A stretch of DNA of 37,190 bases from a virus (IMGVR_UViG_3300045594_000115:1-37190); one strand, 5' to 3'. Positions 6,764-16,162 are shown, numbered from the stretch's first letter. Program-made: numbers and translations. Notes: a model not told the origin generated them from the letters alone.

Positions 6764-7204
6764 TTGGGATATTCGGAAAGTGAAGCGCTAGCTGCTGCTG
6801 ATCATATGTCTAATCGATACGGAACTAGTGACCCTTTTAAGCTGGCTAAACGTGACGGTGTTTCTATTCGTCGAAAGGACCTAGGCAACAATATACTGGG
6901 ATATAGCATGCAAATTAGCCGTATGCCAATGATAGTATTGTCCTTGTCGCTTAACGATTGTCAGGCAACAGCGGTTTGTGCCCATGAGCTTGGTCATTGC
7001 AAAATGCATCGAGGGCTAGACACCAACTTTTTTAGCAGAGTGGGAGCTGAGCCTATGGTTGGTGACAATGAGTATCAAGCAAACTGTTTTATGTTTGAGC
7101 TTGTTTTCGGCGATCAGGAAGTTTCTCCTATGAATTACAATGCTGTTCTGGATCAGTATGAACTACCCCATTGGATGTGGCGCTACTTTGAAGTTATACA
7201 TTGA
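6764..7204 (+). CDS. immA: ImmA/IrrE-family zinc metallopeptidase
   Basis: HEXXH motif (AHELGHCKMH) and its position immediately downstream of the repressor. TTG start after a GGGGGGTG RBS. Confidence 0.8.
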   Translation: MGYSESEALAAADHMSNRYGTSDPFKLAKRDGVSIRRKDLGNNILGYSMQISRMPMIVLSLSLNDCQATAVCAHELGHCKMHRGLDTNFFSRVGAEPMVGDNEYQANCFMFELVFGDQEVSPMNYNAVLDQYELPHWMWRYFEVIH

Positions 7205-7234
7205 GTCACAAATAATATTGACGGAGGATTAAAA

Positions 7235-7804
7235 ATGGGTCACGAAACACGAAGATCTCATCGAGAGATTAAAAAACCTTTTTGGAAAAGTTGGAAGTTT
7301 TGGACAGTATTTGTCGTCATTGTTCTAATGGTCGCCGGCATTTCAAGCTGTGTCAACGAGTTCAAAAAAGAATCAGCTTCACCGTCTACAAGAATATACA
7401 AGCTGAATAGTGACAGATCAGTAAAGGCGATGTTGAAACATTACAATCCCCAAATAAAATACGAAAGCATTTCCGGGGTTTATGCCAACTCTGATGGATC
7501 TAAAACTGTTGGGCTAAATATCAAAGAGTCCGGAAGCGACCTATCGGACAAAATGGCAATGAGAAATGCAGGGAATGATGTTTTGAAAACTTGGGACGCC
7601 TTCAAAAAATCAAAGGGTACGAATTTTGCAAACATTGCGATAATGGTCACCTATCCAACAAACAATGGACAAATACCGATAATCAAGGTCCAAATTAGTG
7701 GGAATAAGTTGAAATCGTTTAACAAAAGCAGCTCTTCGTCATCGAGCGTTCCAAGTATCGCTACGAAATATTGGCAGCGAAATGACATGCCCGCTCTTAA
7801 ATAA
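7235..7804 (+). CDS. Predicted lipoprotein (lysogeny-module moron; superinfection-exclusion candidate)
   Basis: Basic n-region, hydrophobic core and lipobox ...VLMVAGISS-C. GGAGGA RBS. Ser7 run near the C-terminus. Confidence 0.7.
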   Translation: MGHETRRSHREIKKPFWKSWKFWTVFVVIVLMVAGISSCVNEFKKESASPSTRIYKLNSDRSVKAMLKHYNPQIKYESISGVYANSDGSKTVGLNIKESGSDLSDKMAMRNAGNDVLKTWDAFKKSKGTNFANIAIMVTYPTNNGQIPIIKVQISGNKLKSFNKSSSSSSSVPSIATKYWQRNDMPALK

Positions 7805-7816
7805 TCCAATTAAAAC

Positions 7817-7840
7817 GCCCTTACCTGGGGCTTTTATTTT
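7817..7840 (+). terminator. Weak intrinsic terminator after the lipoprotein gene
   Basis: GCCC-N7-GGGC followed by TTTTATTTT. Confidence 0.4.
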
Positions 7841-7897
7841 AAAGGTAAAACGAACATATGTTTGAATTTTAACCAAAAAACTACACATAGAAAGGAT

Positions 7898-9112
7898 ATG
7901 AAAGCTGTGCGTAAATGGAAAGAAGTTCCTCACCATCCTAATGTTTATAGGTATGAAACACGACGCGGTACTCGATATGGTATTCGTCGTGGATTTAAAA
8001 ATAGTGTAGGAAAGCGCGATGAATACACAAGGTCTGGATTTACAAATTGGCACGATGCAGAAGGCGAATTAAAACGATTTGAAGCATCTTTAGTTACGGG
8101 TGGCATTAATCCTATAACTCACCGCGGTGTTACCTTGAATGCTTATTTTGCTGCCTTGGTGAAGAACCGTGAGGAGCTCGGCGTTTGGAGGCCAGCTACA
8201 GTTATTCAAAAAAAGACATATTATAGAAAGCACCTACAAGAAAGATTCGGGAACCGCCCAATGAGCAAAATATCAAGATCAGAATATCAGCAGTTTATTG
8301 ATGAGAAGATCAAATCAGGTTTGGCTCAAACCACCATGCGTACACTTAACTCAGTCATGCAGATCATCATGAACGATGCTGAGCACAACGATATTATCCG
8401 TAAGAACATGCTCAGAGGCATCCTCATAAATGGTGCCAAACCGCCTAAAGATGTTTCTATTACCGATGAAGACTATGCAAAGTTTATGGACACTGCCCAG
8501 AAACTATTGAATAAGTATCAGCTTACAATGCTGTATCTTTTGACTCTTGGTGAGCGGCGTGAAGAACTCGCTGGCCTCCAATTTCGTTCATTTAAACGAG
8601 GAACAACCGAAGGCAAGACATACTATGAAATCACTTATTACGTTGGCAGAACGCCGCAGCAGCCATTAGGCGGTCCCTTAAAAACTCCTAGCAGCTATCG
8701 CAAAAATTATGTTACGGGCCCAATTATTGAGTACATTGACTATTCCCTTCAGTATGCTAAGAACATTTTGACACGTACTCATCGTGAAATTGGGCCAGAG
8801 ACATTCATATATCTGAATGAGAAAACTGGGATGCCAGTTCATCCGAGCAACATCAACCGAAATCTGTTTCAGCGTGTTAAAGATGCAACTGGAATTGAGC
8901 TTCGTCCGCATATGTTGCGTCACTATTTTGCAACCCAAGCACTTCAGGACGGTTTGCCTCAAATGTCCGTCATGCACTGGTTAGGTCACAAAAACATCGA
9001 CATGACAAACGACTATACCAGACCGACACGAGAGGGCAGCCTGAAAGTTATTAATGGCATGGGCCCAATCTTGTTTAAAAACGGTACCGCCGGCCCTGAC
9101 GGTACAAAATGA
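7898..9112 (+). CDS. int: Tyrosine integrase
   Basis: C-terminal catalytic signature ...LRPHMLRHYFAT...HWLGHKNIDMTNDYTRP (R, HxxR, H, Y). The ATG at 7898 with a GAAAGGA RBS is preferred over the 7862 TTG. Confidence 0.9.
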   Translation: MKAVRKWKEVPHHPNVYRYETRRGTRYGIRRGFKNSVGKRDEYTRSGFTNWHDAEGELKRFEASLVTGGINPITHRGVTLNAYFAALVKNREELGVWRPATVIQKKTYYRKHLQERFGNRPMSKISRSEYQQFIDEKIKSGLAQTTMRTLNSVMQIIMNDAEHNDIIRKNMLRGILINGAKPPKDVSITDEDYAKFMDTAQKLLNKYQLTMLYLLTLGERREELAGLQFRSFKRGTTEGKTYYEITYYVGRTPQQPLGGPLKTPSSYRKNYVTGPIIEYIDYSLQYAKNILTRTHREIGPETFIYLNEKTGMPVHPSNINRNLFQRVKDATGIELRPHMLRHYFATQALQDGLPQMSVMHWLGHKNIDMTNDYTRPTREGSLKVINGMGPILFKNGTAGPDGTK

Positions 9113-9122
9113 TTTTGTACCG
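9100..9122. repeat. 23-bp perfect palindrome CGGTACAAAAT-G-ATTTTGTACCG spanning the int stop codon
   Basis: Read directly. Its arms contain the TTGTACCG motif, which recurs at 9127..9134 and 9310..9317. Confidence 0.7.
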
Positions 9123-9397
9123 CCGCTTGTACCGTCATGTTGTCTCAAACGATCCGAATATATCCAAAACGAAATCAAAAAAGCATCCCGTCCTTCACGC
9201 AAAAACCGTGATAGAACGAGATGCTTTCGTTTCATTAGCAGCAAAGGCTATTTGAGGGTAGTAACATCACTCTTTGATACGCAAGGAATATTAAACGAAT
9301 GTACCATATTTGTACCGGAAACCCATGAAAACTACGCTTTCAACGCAAAAAAAGCCCTCCACCCGCGTTAGCGAGCAGAGGACTTTTTGTAATGTAC
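9113..9397. other. Probable attP region (non-coding gap between int and the endolysin)
   Basis: Canonical position downstream of int. It contains repeated TTGTACCG motifs (candidate arm-type sites). The core site cannot be defined without a host sequence. Confidence 0.5.
9347..9388. terminator. Bidirectional terminator between the convergent int and lysin genes
   Basis: A7-GCCCTC...GAGGAC-T5 hairpin (one mismatch) flanked by an A-run and a T-run. Confidence 0.5.
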
Positions 9398-10450
9398 TTA
9401 AAACGGATTGATCGAACTAATGCTGATTTGCAAACGATCAAGCGGTTCTCCAAACATGCCAGCGTATGTGTCTGTGTACTGTGGCAAACTCGTGCCATCA
9501 TCACATACAACGCCGAGCCAGCCAGCCCGTTCTGTCGTCTGACTGCGGTAATACGCTTGCTGGTACGGCTCACCAGCAGGAGTAAGAAAGATGATTTGGA
9601 CTCCATCAATCGCTTCACCAGTAATACCGGCACAACCATTAACCAGATCGTTGCGATCGCCTTTGGTAACCCAATCTAGCCAGCCACTTTTAACTGTGTG
9701 GACGCGATACTTGATGCTCCCGTGATCAACACTGATGGTCAGATAATCATGCTGGTGATTAGGATTGCCGGCAAAGCCATTCGAACCACTGCCAAAGTTT
9801 GTCACCTCATCAAGCCAACTGCCACCGAGCAAGTGCAAACCGTAACTAACGTTCACATTACCAGATACAGCTGCTTGCGGACGCACGCTTTTTGCTGCTG
9901 GTACAAACGTAGATGCATCTACGGTAGCTGTCCCATTAGCCAGATCTGCCGCCAATTTCTCCTTCGTAATACCCCATCGAGCCAGATACCCATATGGATC
10001 AGTATGATCGCCCCAAATATGCTGCGTTACCCACAAATGGGACTTGATGCCAGGCGTTCCAGCACCGCCAGCGTCCAAACTAGTTGGAATGCCATATCGA
10101 GCAGCCATATCACGTGCAAGCTCAATATAGACGGCATAATCCTTTTTGAAAGTTTCGGGATCACTAGCATGACCCAATTCAATTTGGACCGGGCTGTTTG
10201 CATTTGCCACTGTCCCTGCGCCCCACTGAACATAGCCAGGTTCACCAACTTGATAAACCTGACCGCCATCGCCTACAACAAATGCCGTATAAGCAACTTC
10301 AGCAGCAATATTGTTTTTGAAGTAAGCGGCATTTGCACGCGCGCCAGATTCGGCACCTACATCATGTAGGATAATGTAAAGTCGATTAGCCACTTGCGAT
10401 GAGCCTTCATTCGCACCCAAAGCAAATTCTTTGTTAATTGTATAACTCAT
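9398..10450 (-). CDS. Endolysin: N-acetylmuramoyl-L-alanine amidase (amidase_2/PGRP-like) with three ChW-like cell-wall-binding repeats
   Basis: The N-terminal region ...LYIILHDVGAESGARANAAYF... looks amidase_2-like. The C-terminal repeats are Y(G/R)xH...GWLDxV...G..G..(I/L)..(I/L).I. It lies directly after the holin. Confidence 0.8.
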   Translation of the reverse strand: MSYTINKEFALGANEGSSQVANRLYIILHDVGAESGARANAAYFKNNIAAEVAYTAFVVGDGGQVYQVGEPGYVQWGAGTVANANSPVQIELGHASDPETFKKDYAVYIELARDMAARYGIPTSLDAGGAGTPGIKSHLWVTQHIWGDHTDPYGYLARWGITKEKLAADLANGTATVDASTFVPAAKSVRPQAAVSGNVNVSYGLHLLGGSWLDEVTNFGSGSNGFAGNPNHQHDYLTISVDHGSIKYRVHTVKSGWLDWVTKGDRNDLVNGCAGITGEAIDGVQIIFLTPAGEPYQQAYYRSQTTERAGWLGVVCDDGTSLPQYTDTYAGMFGEPLDRLQISISSINPF

Positions 10451-10451
10451 A

Positions 10452-10724
10452 CTATTTTACCTCCTCGTTGGGCTTAACAATTTGATAAACGCCAACGGAT
10501 GCAAGTCCTGACAGCATTCCTGCCAGCGCATAAGCACCGATTAAGTGGAGATGGCAAAAAGCCATCGCCCAAACGCAAGCCAGTAAAATACCCGTTCCAA
10601 TTGATAGAACGGGTAGCAGTTTGCCCTCTGCAGGTGTATATCGTTTGAAGATCTCGGTGAAACCAGTAGTGATCGGTGCGATTACAAATGCAATGGCTAG
10701 TACCTGAAGTAGTTCATTTTGCAT
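10452..10724 (-). CDS. Holin (phi-LC3/LL-H-like), 90 aa
   Basis: Multiple TM segments and a charged C-terminal tail (KPNEEVK). It lies immediately upstream of the endolysin. Confidence 0.8.
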   Translation of the reverse strand: MQNELLQVLAIAFVIAPITTGFTEIFKRYTPAEGKLLPVLSIGTGILLACVWAMAFCHLHLIGAYALAGMLSGLASVGVYQIVKPNEEVK

Positions 10725-10965
10725 GTCTTAGTTCCTCCAGTTCTCTTATTAACTGTACGTTTTTGTTTTTCAGCTCTTCATTTTCTTCTCGGAGCCTATC
10801 GTTGTCTTTATTCACCCTGTCCAGCAAATCCATAGCCTCATCATGTTTGTTCTTACGTTTACCCTCATGGTAGGTCAGATAAGCAACAAGCGTTGAAACG
10901 ATGGTTGCAATGTATGGAGTAGAATCGACAATGAACTTAGTTATCGCTGCTGTCACGGCTGTCAC
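10714..10965 (-). CDS. Membrane-anchored coiled-coil protein of the lysis cassette
   Basis: N-terminal TM segment followed by a charged heptad-like region (DRLREENEELKNKNVQLIRELEELR). Confidence 0.6.
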   Translation of the reverse strand: MTAVTAAITKFIVDSTPYIATIVSTLVAYLTYHEGKRKNKHDEAMDLLDRVNKDNDRLREENEELKNKNVQLIRELEELRHAK

Positions 10966-11329
10966 TCCTTCGTGCCAGAATCAGCACGAAGGCTGTTATG
11001 ATCGCATTGCTGATCCAACTTGAGTAGATTCCAGTTGAGATTGAGGTCAGGAATTGCAGTATTGTCAAGAACGACATTAAAAAGCTGGTAGTCGTAAGCA
11101 ACAGACGATTGGTCACCGCTAACTGTGTTTCCCATAGCACCCAACCCCCAATCCCGAGTCCATCAATGACAAACAAAAACCCCACAATGTCATCGTTTAA
11201 CCAGTCAGAGTAATGTGGGGGCCAGATGAAATAATGGTCATTGATAATCAGAAACAAGCCAATGGCAACCATGCCAATGGCGAGTGCTGCGTGTGTCGGG
11301 TGATCTCTGATTTTATTTAGCATTGTCAT
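10937..11329 (-). CDS. Polytopic membrane protein (lysis-cassette accessory); start uncertain
   Basis: About 4 TM segments. The ATGs at 11329 and 11323 follow GGAAGGAAG. Confidence 0.55.
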   Translation of the reverse strand: MTMLNKIRDHPTHAALAIGMVAIGLFLIINDHYFIWPPHYSDWLNDDIVGFLFVIDGLGIGGWVLWETQLAVTNRLLLTTTSFLMSFLTILQFLTSISTGIYSSWISNAIITAFVLILARRSDSRDSSDN

Positions 11330-11449
11330 CACTTCCTTCCACAAAAATACCGATAGTTATCGCTGCCTAAGACTGCGAAAATCGCAATCACTCCAAAAAT
11401 TGTTATTACTGCCAATCAATCCATACATAATTAATTTAAATGCAATAAA

Positions 11450-11477
11450 AATAGCAATCCATAATAAGATTGCTATT
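11450..11477 (-). terminator. 10-bp perfect AT-rich hairpin (AATAGCAATC-N8-GATTGCTATT) followed by TTTATT on the minus strand
   Basis: It lies 47 nt downstream of the receptor-binding protein stop. Alternatively it sits inside a possible 51-aa TTG-initiated membrane ORF. Confidence 0.35.
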
Positions 11478-11523
11478 GGTGTTGCGTATTTTAATCCTCT
11501 GAACAATTCTATTTAAATCCCTC

Positions 11524-14103
11524 CTAAGGCTGATTTAAATCGTTAACTTTAATGCTTGTAAATCTAATGTCCGCCTTCCAGTTATTTTCAGTCGCTGACC
11601 CTTGAAGTCCGTTGTATGCCCGATTAATATTCCGGCAATTTAGTAGGTGTATTTCGTCGAAAGTGTCCGTCTGATCCGCTGTTGACACGGTGTCCATTCT
11701 AAAATTCTTACCATTAAAATTACAATTTACCATTTTTAGAATCGCGGGCGGTCTAACAAACTCTACCGTATCCATCTGCCAACGGTTATTATGCCCCGCA
11801 GTCGCGTCTGGCACGGATTCTACTACGTCCCATTTGCAATTTTCAATCGTTACAGATTCACCTGAACTAATCCCCATGCCCAAGGGCGCGCCATTAAAAC
11901 CGGTAACACGCGGATTTCCGCCCCACTTAAATACACAATTACTAATTAACAACTCGTTGCCCGCGCCTCTACCAGAGCTTTCAATATGCAGACAGTACCG
12001 ACAATTCTTCACATCAAAAGTGAAGCCTTTAATCTGAGTAGTGCGCGGGCAACTAGCCAAATGAAACAAAGCACGCTGCATTGCCTGATCACCGCTTAAT
12101 GTTTGACCATCTTCAAGCTCCGCTGCGCCGTCCCAACGCAATACGTAGTTTTCGGGGTGCTCGACATCAGTAGATTCGAAAAACACATATGGCTTGGGCT
12201 TGATTCCTAACCACCCGGTAGCGGTCGTGTTTGACGGCCACTTTGCGGACCAATCGTCATAAGTCCCTGGGTGGACTAGGATTAAAAACTGGTTTGTAGC
12301 GCTCGAGCCTGTGATGCTGTCATGCGCGCTGATAATGTTATCGAATTTATTAACGCCCCACCCAACTACGCTCTCATCGTAGGACGGACTCACCTCTAAA
12401 GTCTCAGAGATATTTCTTGACACGCCCAGCTTATCCTTAACCTCATTTGGCAGCTGATCGTACAAGACCTTAGCGCCGTAAGTCTCATAATCCAATACGC
12501 CAGACGATTGCGAGACCATAATTCTGTCAAAGTTACCATTAGATTCAGAAACTAGCATGTAACCGTCGTAATCGTCAGGCGCTGTTACGGTTACTGGATT
12601 GCTCCCTCCGCTAATATAATCGCCGCCGTCTTTATAGAAGGCGTAGAACACAACTTTGTCGAAACTGTAATCTAATCCTTTTATAAACTTAATCTTGTGG
12701 CTGACCGAATAATCGGGCTGGTCTGTTAATTCGCCAGTATCTGGAATGACGCGCTTCCCAACTTGATTATCAGCACTTTCATAATTGAATAAGTTGGCTG
12801 ATGGCTTTCCATAGATGAGTTTTTCGGGATTTTCAGGAATGTTTTCAAGAACACTGGTGACATCTTTATCAAGTTGTGCCATTCCTGTCTTATTGTCGTA
12901 GGATTCATAATCTAACAAAACTTTCCCAAAATTAATGTTAAGGCGCCCTTTGTCTGTTTTGCTGATTGCTGAAATCCTGAAATAACTAGCATCTGGCGGA
13001 ACATCCGTAGTAATTGTGGCATTGCTAGCATTGGTAATAACGCTGACTCGCTTAAGCGATTTGTCGGCAAATTCGATAAAAGTGCATGTGCTAATCGTCA
13101 CATTCGACTCGCCACGGCAATAAATCCAATCAGAGGTTAAGTAATCATCATTATCGCTCAATATAAGGGTTGGATTTGTATCAATCACGCGCCCGATAAG
13201 CACCCTATTTTTGTCAAAAAGATTATTAGATTTGCGCGCAACGCCAGGTACGAAGGTTAAGGTCTCTTGCCTGATCTCATCACGCTTAATCTTAATGTCC
13301 TCTATTGACTCATCTGCAATGCCAACGCTCTGATATACGCCTGCATCTGTCCATACATTATTTGCCCAAATATACTTGTGCCCGTTATCGGCCGCTACCA
13401 TGACCCCGTTTTTACCGCTTGGATATTTAGCTTTGATTGATGTGAAATTGGCGAAAGTCTCGGGTAACGCAACAATCCCAGACAATGAATTGTCCGTATA
13501 GTTTTTGGCATTATACAATGCATTACTGTCACCCGAGTCTGCGTATTTCTCGGCACTTGATAGGGTGGCTGCGTCTTTACTATCAGTCTCGGATTTATTG
13601 TAGAAATCTCCCTGATTATATGCATTCAAAACAGTTTTAATGTCGGTATTCATGTCATCGATTTTTTTCTGAAGGGAGTTGAGTGTGCCATCAATGATCG
13701 TGACGTAATCATCAGCTTGTGCCTGTGTGATGTCGATTGCTTTCTTGATGATGAAGGCCACATCAAATGTCGACTCCGAACCGGAAGAATCTGAGAAGCT
13801 AAAGTAGGCAGTTGTAATTTTTCCCGGTACAGAAGATAGCGCGTTTGGAACCTGATAAGTGAATTCACCACCGGATTCATCAATAACATTGAAGCCAGTA
13901 CTATCAGCGATGACCGCTTGGCCATCAGCAGTGTTCGCTTTGAACATTGGTGTAAGGCCACTAAGAGAGACAGGAACGCCATTGTCCATCAGCGTGGCAT
14001 CAATCACCACAGCACCTGTCTTATCCCCTTGCCGCAAATATACAGGCTCAGGTGCGATTGTGTTCTTTGAATCAAGAGTTACTTTGTACGTTCTGATTGC
14101 CAT
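11524..14103 (-). CDS. Receptor-binding / baseplate upper protein (BppU-like N-terminus, C-terminal beta-helix-like domain)
   Basis: The N-terminus MAIRTYKVTLDSKNT...LRQGDKTGAVVIDATL... is typical of BppU (DUF2479). The C-terminus has five spaced xNCxF/W rungs (KNCRYC, SNCVFK, ENCKWD, VNCNFN, LNCRNI). Confidence 0.75.
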   Translation of the reverse strand: MAIRTYKVTLDSKNTIAPEPVYLRQGDKTGAVVIDATLMDNGVPVSLSGLTPMFKANTADGQAVIADSTGFNVIDESGGEFTYQVPNALSSVPGKITTAYFSFSDSSGSESTFDVAFIIKKAIDITQAQADDYVTIIDGTLNSLQKKIDDMNTDIKTVLNAYNQGDFYNKSETDSKDAATLSSAEKYADSGDSNALYNAKNYTDNSLSGIVALPETFANFTSIKAKYPSGKNGVMVAADNGHKYIWANNVWTDAGVYQSVGIADESIEDIKIKRDEIRQETLTFVPGVARKSNNLFDKNRVLIGRVIDTNPTLILSDNDDYLTSDWIYCRGESNVTISTCTFIEFADKSLKRVSVITNASNATITTDVPPDASYFRISAISKTDKGRLNINFGKVLLDYESYDNKTGMAQLDKDVTSVLENIPENPEKLIYGKPSANLFNYESADNQVGKRVIPDTGELTDQPDYSVSHKIKFIKGLDYSFDKVVFYAFYKDGGDYISGGSNPVTVTAPDDYDGYMLVSESNGNFDRIMVSQSSGVLDYETYGAKVLYDQLPNEVKDKLGVSRNISETLEVSPSYDESVVGWGVNKFDNIISAHDSITGSSATNQFLILVHPGTYDDWSAKWPSNTTATGWLGIKPKPYVFFESTDVEHPENYVLRWDGAAELEDGQTLSGDQAMQRALFHLASCPRTTQIKGFTFDVKNCRYCLHIESSGRGAGNELLISNCVFKWGGNPRVTGFNGAPLGMGISSGESVTIENCKWDVVESVPDATAGHNNRWQMDTVEFVRPPAILKMVNCNFNGKNFRMDTVSTADQTDTFDEIHLLNCRNINRAYNGLQGSATENNWKADIRFTSIKVNDLNQP

Positions 14104-16162
14104 TAGGTATCAGTCCCTCCATTTTTTCCAAATCTTCATAGGTATCTTTTGTATCAACGAGGCGCTGATCCTCAAACCCTCGGCGCTTGCCCTTCAGTTC
14201 CCAGCCAAACGCTGAATCAGGTCTGTCTGAAGAAACGATAAAGTAGTCCTTGCCACGTTCAGAAACCCAAAAATGCGCGTCACTGTATGCTGTCAAGAAC
14301 ACTTGATAAGGCTTATCCGTGTTAATCAAATCAAAAACGAGCGGATCAATGTCCACTCGCACTGTTTTGTCATCGCCGGTTTTGCTCTCACCAATATCCC
14401 CGACATAGTTTTCTGCAAGCTCGTATGCAGGAGTAGCACGAATACCATCACGGGTAACTTGTGCGGCGTTCTTCGATCCGCTGTAAACGTAGAAATCTCC
14501 CCAGACGCTCGTCTTGCCTACTGTTACTTGAAACTGAGCATTTTGACCACCGTTAGCACTCACGTTGAACTTCGAGTCATGATATATCCACATTCCGCCA
14601 TCTTGCTTACTGACAAGCGGAGACATCAGTGAACCGTACAAGCAATATTGGCGGTTGTCAGGAGTTGAGGTTTCCGGTATCTTGAAAATTGGCAAACTCA
14701 TGCCATTAGTTCCGACTTGGTCGATACTGAAGTTTGAACCGAGCTGATTCCATATTGCGAACCCGTTAGGAATACCGGTGTCACTGTTTACCGTAGCGGT
14801 TAGCGAACCGAACTCGTGATCGCCTTTGACAACCCTCAGTGTGCCACTGGCAAGTGTTAGGGCATAGCCGCTCTTACTCTCAGTCTTAAAGCCAACCCCT
14901 GAGATGAGATTGCCAAATATTCGGTCAGCAACAACACCATCAGCAGTGATGGCACTCTTGAATGTTTGGCCTCCGTCTGTTGATACGCCAACGCCAGCAC
15001 TATTGAGAATCACAACCTTGTTTGCGTCTGACTTGTCAACAGCGATAATTCCTTGATCAGTGAAACTAAGTTCTGTTCGTGCGGCAAGAATATTATTAGT
15101 AGCCAATTGCACTTGTGATGTTAGCCATTCATTAGGTACTGGTATCTTGCCAGCGGCTACGTTAGATAGTGTTGATTGTGATGTCTTCTGCTGTTCAGCA
15201 AATGACAGGCTACCACATTCAACTTCCGTTTTGGTTCGTGTGCCGCGAATGTCGTAGTCGCTGGTTACTTTAATGATCCGAACCTTGTCACTGAAGTTAA
15301 GGTTCTCATCAATCACCGTAATGTAGTCACCGGGATTTGCCATTGCATATTTGTAGCCGACAGATTGCAAGTCAACAAGGTTTAGGGTGAGTGAGATTGC
15401 CCAACTCTTATCAACTTTTTCTTTCACAGCAGCAAGCAAGTTGTCAGCAATTGTGTACCGCTCATCAGCAACAGGAACTGCTTCAATTGCGCCAAACTTT
15501 GGATAGTAGTAATCATATAGCGGAGACTTATACTCTACCTTCAAGCGTTCGCTCGTGGTGTCGTCAGGTTTGCTGTATGCACCATACCCGCGCCCATAGG
15601 TAGCAAAGCTTGTGTTGTCTGTCTGAATTTCCGCTGTATCAAGATTGAACTTTTTGCGAACGATGGTAGACAAATCAGAGCCCATTGCTGGGACGACATG
15701 AACTACTGTGCCTTCAACAGAGAACTCAACGTTTGCTTGATCGATGATGCCGTTGAATAGCGACAGACGGTCACTCATGCCCCAGTCTTGCTTTTCAAAA
15801 GCTGCGACTGAGGCTGTATTGTCATACGTGTACCCAGTGCCAGCAAATAAAGCATCAAGATAAGTTGCAAACGGGTGCGACCCATTCCAAGTTTCGTAGA
15901 AACCAGTCTTGCTCATTTTGTAGAAGAACGCCTGAACGGCGCTGAACGCAACGGTGTTCTTTTTGTCGTTCTTCGTGTATGTGACAACAACATAGTCCTC
16001 ACCAAGAAAAGAGAGCGTCCAGCCTTTGGCAATGTTGCTCTTAACATCTTGGCCAAAATAGATTGTCCCAGATAATGACTTCTCACCATTCACCGCATCG
16101 GTTTTCTCAATCTCGCACTGGGCCTGATATTCATTATTCTCAACGTCTGTGAATGTAATCAA
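14072..16162 (-). CDS. Tail-associated lysin / tail endopeptidase-family protein (Tal)
   Basis: Position after Dit, size of 696 aa, and an N-terminal region typical of the prophage tail endopeptidase family. TTG start 8 nt after AGGAGG. Confidence 0.75.
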   Translation of the reverse strand: MITFTDVENNEYQAQCEIEKTDAVNGEKSLSGTIYFGQDVKSNIAKGWTLSFLGEDYVVVTYTKNDKKNTVAFSAVQAFFYKMSKTGFYETWNGSHPFATYLDALFAGTGYTYDNTASVAAFEKQDWGMSDRLSLFNGIIDQANVEFSVEGTVVHVVPAMGSDLSTIVRKKFNLDTAEIQTDNTSFATYGRGYGAYSKPDDTTSERLKVEYKSPLYDYYYPKFGAIEAVPVADERYTIADNLLAAVKEKVDKSWAISLTLNLVDLQSVGYKYAMANPGDYITVIDENLNFSDKVRIIKVTSDYDIRGTRTKTEVECGSLSFAEQQKTSQSTLSNVAAGKIPVPNEWLTSQVQLATNNILAARTELSFTDQGIIAVDKSDANKVVILNSAGVGVSTDGGQTFKSAITADGVVADRIFGNLISGVGFKTESKSGYALTLASGTLRVVKGDHEFGSLTATVNSDTGIPNGFAIWNQLGSNFSIDQVGTNGMSLPIFKIPETSTPDNRQYCLYGSLMSPLVSKQDGGMWIYHDSKFNVSANGGQNAQFQVTVGKTSVWGDFYVYSGSKNAAQVTRDGIRATPAYELAENYVGDIGESKTGDDKTVRVDIDPLVFDLINTDKPYQVFLTAYSDAHFWVSERGKDYFIVSSDRPDSAFGWELKGKRRGFEDQRLVDTKDTYEDLEKMEGLIPNGNQNVQSNS

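Noticed and set aside
9179-9235. AAAGCATC...GATGCTTT pairing downstream of int as a terminator
   Set aside because: The 8-bp stem encloses a 32-nt loop and is followed by only a poor T-tract. It is more likely part of attP architecture. The clearer hairpin at 9347..9388 was kept instead.
9698-10369. 223-aa plus-strand ORF inside the endolysin gene, with other shadows at 9340..9679
   Set aside because: It is antisense to a clear amidase/ChW endolysin, has no RBS, and has Cys/Ile/Arg-rich composition typical of shadow frames.
11345-11523. Possible 51-aa TTG-initiated membrane ORF between the receptor-binding protein and the lysis cassette
   Set aside because: The only RBS (GGAGGG) is about 12 nt from a TTG and there is no ATG in a good context. 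The region is equally well explained by a 10-bp hairpin terminator, so it is not listed as a CDS.
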